Part shown: positions 59,597-64,000 of the stretch, in pieces
Numbering within the stretch: position 1 is the stretch's first letter
Layout of the letters: the number at the start of each line of letters is the position of its first letter
NCBI GenBank assembly: GCA_051294375.1
Contig: CM119267.1
Location: forward strand, 24,935,783-24,999,782
Reading direction: 5' to 3'
Source of the DNA: Paraspadella gotoi
Taxonomy: Eukaryota > Animalia > Chaetognatha
DNA: 64,000 nucleotides
Translations under genes and position numbers: made by a program
The notes under the pieces: model-generated
Seen by the model: only the letters and a program-made list of their open reading frames with translations
Database searches by the model: none
What the model was told of the DNA's origin: nothing

Positions 59597-60720
59597 CTAA
59601 TTCCCGGTCGCATCTCCGCCTTCTCCCAAAACCCTGACTTCCCCGGGTTCGATCCCAAACGTCGTCTTCCCTTCCTTCACTATCACCCACGGCATTCGCT
59701 CCGTAGTGAATGAAACGCCGGGATTTCCGGTAGCGTCGACGGCTACGACGCCGCCACATCCGCCAACGCGGCGCCGCATTTCAGAGAGGGCTTCGTCGAC
59801 GGCGCATTGGACGGGTGCGCCGGCCGACGTCTTGAAGGAGACCAGTCTCGCGAGCGACGTCTTCAAAATAGCCTCTCCGTTTCCGGTGCAGGAGGCGGCG
59901 ACAGACTCGTTATCGGCATAAGCGCCGGCGCCGACGATCGGAGAGTCGCCGACGCGGCCGGGGCGCTTCGCCGTGATGCCGCCGGTCGAAGTCGCCGCCG
60001 CCACGTTACCGTCAACGTCAACCGCCACGGCGCCGACAGTGTCGTGAGACGTGGAGGCCGCTTAAGACGAAAGGAAATGAAGGGTAGTCAAGAAGAATGA
60101 GATTTTGCAATGGTGTTTGATTATATCTGACCAGAAAACAATTTCTTGATGGTCGTATCGAACTTTAAATATTCCTCCAACTTTCTCTTCGCTTCCTCCG
60201 TCACCAATGACTCCGTCGACACAAATTCGAACCCTTGATCTCGGGCAAATTTGGTGGCGCCCTCGCCTACGATCAACACGTGCGGCGTCGCCTCCATGAC
60301 ACGTCGCGCCACGCCCACCGGATGCGTCACGTTGCGGACGCAAGCGACGGCGCCGGCTTCGAGACTGGCGCCGTCCATCACAACGGCGTCCATCTCTACT
60401 TGGCCTGTGGGGGGAAAGGGAACGAGTTCTTAGCGATTTGCTAGTTTTGCTTGCTAGCTCACACCTTCGCTCGTTAGGACAGAACCGATCCCGGCGTCGA
60501 AGACAGGATCCGTCTCCATCGATTCAACGGCCGCCTGCACCGCCTCAAGCGCAGCGGATCGTTGCTTGGGCTTCGTCGAGTCGCCCGCCTTAGACTCCGC
60601 CACCAACCGGCGGTAGCCCGCGCTAGCCGCCGCGAGGACGCCGGCGACGGAGGCATCGACGAGGCGATCAGGAATCGCCCAAGCGCCGCCGTGAATCACG
60701 ATCGTCGGAGAAGACGACAT
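59597..60720 (-). CDS. ASRGL1: Isoaspartyl peptidase/L-asparaginase (Ntn hydrolase); 3 exons
   Basis: Exons 60720-60465, 60404-60132, 60060-59597: IVIHGGAW, FDAGIGSVL, VEMDA, autocleavage site HD|TVGAVAVD, ATSTGG, GRVGDSP, TGNGE. Confidence 0.92.
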
Positions 60721-61500
60721 CGTTTGTTATCTTTGTTGTTGTTGTTTTCGATGGAGATTTTCACATTTCCGGTGAACAACAATCGATATCTGACTCAATA
60801 ATAGTTTCCTTCGTATACGACACTAACACGGTCCCTCAAGAGTTATACCTAATTAACTGTAATCAATAATATATAAAACGTGAAGCGAGACCAAATACCG
60901 CGGAGAGAAAGAGTGATGAAAAATTGACAGTCGCAAAAAAAAAAAAAGAAAAAAAAAAGGACAGATTAGTTTTTAATTGGAATATAACTAAAACGCAAAA
61001 TAAAATTCAAAATTAAAAGAAAAAATATATCGAATAAACTTTGGAACAACCAATCACCACCTCGTGTTGTCTCGTGGAAAAACAAACGAAAATTGATGAA
61101 TGAGAAATAATCGTCGAGACAAACGATTACATTTTTAAGTTATTATCTTAAATTATCTCTCTCATTTCCTGACTCTAAACGATAGTTGGTCTTTCTTTAA
61201 AATCAAAGCAAAAACCGTGACTATTTTTAGGTGAGGGTAGCGGGGGTAATGGGTGGGAGACAGGGAGCAATGAATGAATTAAATTTTCTTCCAAAAAAAA
61301 ATGTTCTCATCACCGAAAGACAATAAATTTTCTTTTCTGATTAAAGAATAAAAACAAAAAAGAAAGAAGAGAAGAGAAGAGAGAAGAGAAAAGAGAGAAA
61401 GAGAAAAATCAACAAGTCATAACGAACGGCCGGGAACCGCTCGTCGCTGGCGCCGCTGGCGCCGCAGACGACAGCAGCGCCGCCGCCCTCTCCGCCGCGA

Positions 61501-62218
61501 CTAAAAGTTTTTCAAGAACTCCTCGGCGACGATCCTGGCGCGGGCGTTGAGGGTAATCTTCATCTCGGAAATCTCTTTGTCGATCTCCTCCATAAAGTGA
61601 ATGACGAAATCCACCAACTTGTGCTTGTACATCTGATTAAGTTAATATTAATTATAATATTAATAAAAGGGTTTTTTAAAAGAAGCCCCAAATTTGTTTT
61701 CAAAAAAACCTGCTCAGTGTGGAAGTTGGTGATGAGGAAAGAGATGTCGTATCCCTCGACGGCCTTGCGGCGAAGGATGACGAAATTCTCGGCCCGCATC
61801 ATCATGAACTTCATGAATTTGTGGCAGAGAATCTTTTCGATCTCGTCCGCCTGTTTGACGGCGATGGAGACGCGGAGAGCGTTGATGGACCCTTCGATCA
61901 GGACCTATAGAGGATGCGGAGAGAGTGGAATGAAGTTTTCAAATAATATTGGAGCCATTTTACATGTAAATCTATTCCAGCTTTTGATGACACTTTCCAC
62001 TTTCCCTTACCAAATTGTCACCCTCCCCTATGCCTCACCCTCTCCTTCTCGTTTCTGGAGACGACGACGGGGGTGAGGAGGAGTTCTTTGCTCGTCTTGA
62101 CTTCGACTTCGGGTTTGTTGTGACGCTCAACGATTTGTGACTCGAAGTTTTCGAGGCACATCGCGGCGGTGAGGGTGTGACGGACGGCGTTCAAGTATGG
62201 CTTCAGAGTCGCCGCCAT
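61501..62218 (-). CDS. ARPC4: Arp2/3 complex subunit 4 (p20); 3 exons
   Basis: Exons 62218-62039, 61904-61710, 61632-61501 total 507 nt = 168 aa plus stop; MAATLKPYL...[11 protein letters not shown]...[11 protein letters not shown]...EEFLKNF. Confidence 0.97.
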
Positions 62219-62549
62219 TTTTTTCCTAATTTTATTGCTAATACTTTTGTAGCGTTACACTCCGTTGCGAGTCTGTTTTTTTTTGGGGGGGGGGAAGCGA
62301 CTGATAGTTTGTACCTCCAATTGTTTCAATTTTTGCAACTGAGAATATTAAACAAAAAAATTCATTAAATTTTAAAAATTTAACGTTTCTTCGCGACCAA
62401 ACTAAAATTTCAGTGATTTAAGGCAACTGTAAATGAAGGAAATAAAAGACAAGAACAAAAAAAAAACATGAATACAGGATGATTAATTCTAGTCAAAGCA
62501 AGTAAAGATTTTAGATCATTCGATCTTTTTAATTTCCTTTTTGTTTATT

Positions 62550-64000
62550 TTACCATCTTTTCTTCGCTTTCCGTCTTCGCTTTCCTTTTATCGGCATTTT
62601 ACTTGTTTTAGCCCGTGTAGTTTTCAGGTCTTCTTCTTCGCACACCTTGTCCATCTCTTCCCGATCGTCTCTCTCTCCCGTCTCATCTTCCTCGGCCTGA
62701 GAAATTTTTTCATTAGAATCTTTTATCTCATCCATCTTCGGCGTTTTTTCCGTCTCCGTGGTGTTCACGGTTGTTGTTGTTGTTGTTCCATTTTTCAACT
62801 CGTTCTCCTGTTCTATCTGAAATATTTCTTTACTACTACTAATTTCGTTTGTTTCCTCTAATTGAAACATCGATTGACCTTCACTCTGCTTTTTTATAAT
62901 CACTTCTGTATTTTGTAAAGCACTAATATCTGTTTCTGCATTTCTCACCAGAACATGTTTTGAATCAACTTCCAGATCAATCTCCTGCGTTTTTTCTACC
63001 TCAACCATTTTATTTTTATTGTCTATCTTATGCTTTTCTTGAATAACTTTGGATTCTTTTTCATTTTCTGTTGCTTTTGGTTGAATTTTCCCTTTTTCTT
63101 CAGTCCTCACAGTTGTTTCTATCTGCCGCAACGTTTTGCTAGCCTTCATTTTCTTCGCGTTTTGTCTACTCTGTTCATTTTTTCTTTCACTATTTATCTC
63201 ATCTTCCATTATCTTTTCCACAGAATCCACTCCATAGAGCATCTCACCAACTACACGTTTTACTTTCAAATTCATTCTTTTCCCCTCTTTATTCTCTGTC
63301 ATCATCTCTGTCTTTTCTCCCAGCTTTACTTTATCATTATCACTCTTTGCCCTTGTCTCTTCATTAATCATTGTTTTATTTCTTTTCAAAACCAAGTCTC
63401 GCTTCAACTGGCGTAACTTCAGTTTGACTTTCTCTTTAATACTTATTCTTTTCTCTCTTTCTTGCTTCAACTTCTCCCACTCCTCCACATGCTTTTCCAA
63501 GGCAGAGTAGTCTTTCGGAAGAGGGATAGCGTTGGCCACCACTCGTCCATTGAGTTGGGCGAAGCGGTGAAGGAGAGAAACGCGAATAAGGGCGTGGCGG
63601 AGGGCCTCGTTGGAGGGAGTGATGGAGCCGGTGAAGTAAGAGGCGCGGGGGCATAACGGTCCACCAGTCAAGATTTTACTGGAAACATGGAGGGAATAGA
63701 TGGTCGAATTGAAATCACAATAAATAAACCAAGAACATTTATAATCATCTAAGTCTTTAACTAAGTCTTTAACAGTAACTCAATAATAAACAACAGAATT
63801 AGAATATTCGAGAAAAGATCGTTTTCTCTATGTTGATCAACGGGTTGAATATCATTAATACTACGAACGAACCTATAATTGACGAAAGAAAAGTTTCGCT
63901 TCCACGCCGTCGGTTCGACGTATTGAAGGTCGACGATTTCAACGACGTCCAGATCGAGATTCCAACCGACTGGACGATAGGACAGGATTCTTTTCCCCCT
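62550..64000 (-). CDS. 3' part of an unidentified gene with a long Glu/Lys-rich coiled-coil terminal exon
   Basis: 373-aa ORF 63671-62550 with a GC-rich N-terminal part and a charged low-complexity tail; another GC-rich exon-like block at ~63890-63990; the 5' end lies outside the window. Confidence 0.55.

Overview
Eukaryotic, most likely invertebrate animal, genomic DNA with GC/CpG-rich exons and very AT-rich introns; one assembly gap lies at about 25464-25488. Ten protein-coding genes run head-to-tail on the minus strand: an unknown gene entering from the right edge, ARPC4, an ASRGL1-like asparaginase, a C2H2 zinc-finger gene, a Kekkon-like LRR-Ig receptor, a spliced RDH11/12/13-like SDR, an intronless paralogue of it, PIK3C3/Vps34, DBT and a small secreted-protein gene. 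The only plus-strand host gene is a sulfotransferase-like gene nested in a Vps34 intron. Introns are packed with mobile elements: two DIRS-type tyrosine-recombinase retrotransposon families with ITR and ICR structure, a palindromic hammerhead-ribozyme (Penelope/retrozyme-like) element, six Helentron/DINE-like copies, several MITEs, a small LTR element, SINE heads and a CRE-like LINE fragment. Four observations stand out: (1) operon-like co-orientation with an apparently unpaired splice acceptor just upstream of nearly every start codon, suggesting polycistronic transcription with SL trans-splicing (inference); (2) DIRS elements whose ICR lies about 1 kb from the 5' end instead of next to the 3' ITR; (3) an inverted-repeat hammerhead element; (4) an LTR element whose only ORF carries a multivalent TQT (LC8-binding-like) array. 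Exon coordinates were read by eye and may be off by a few bases.
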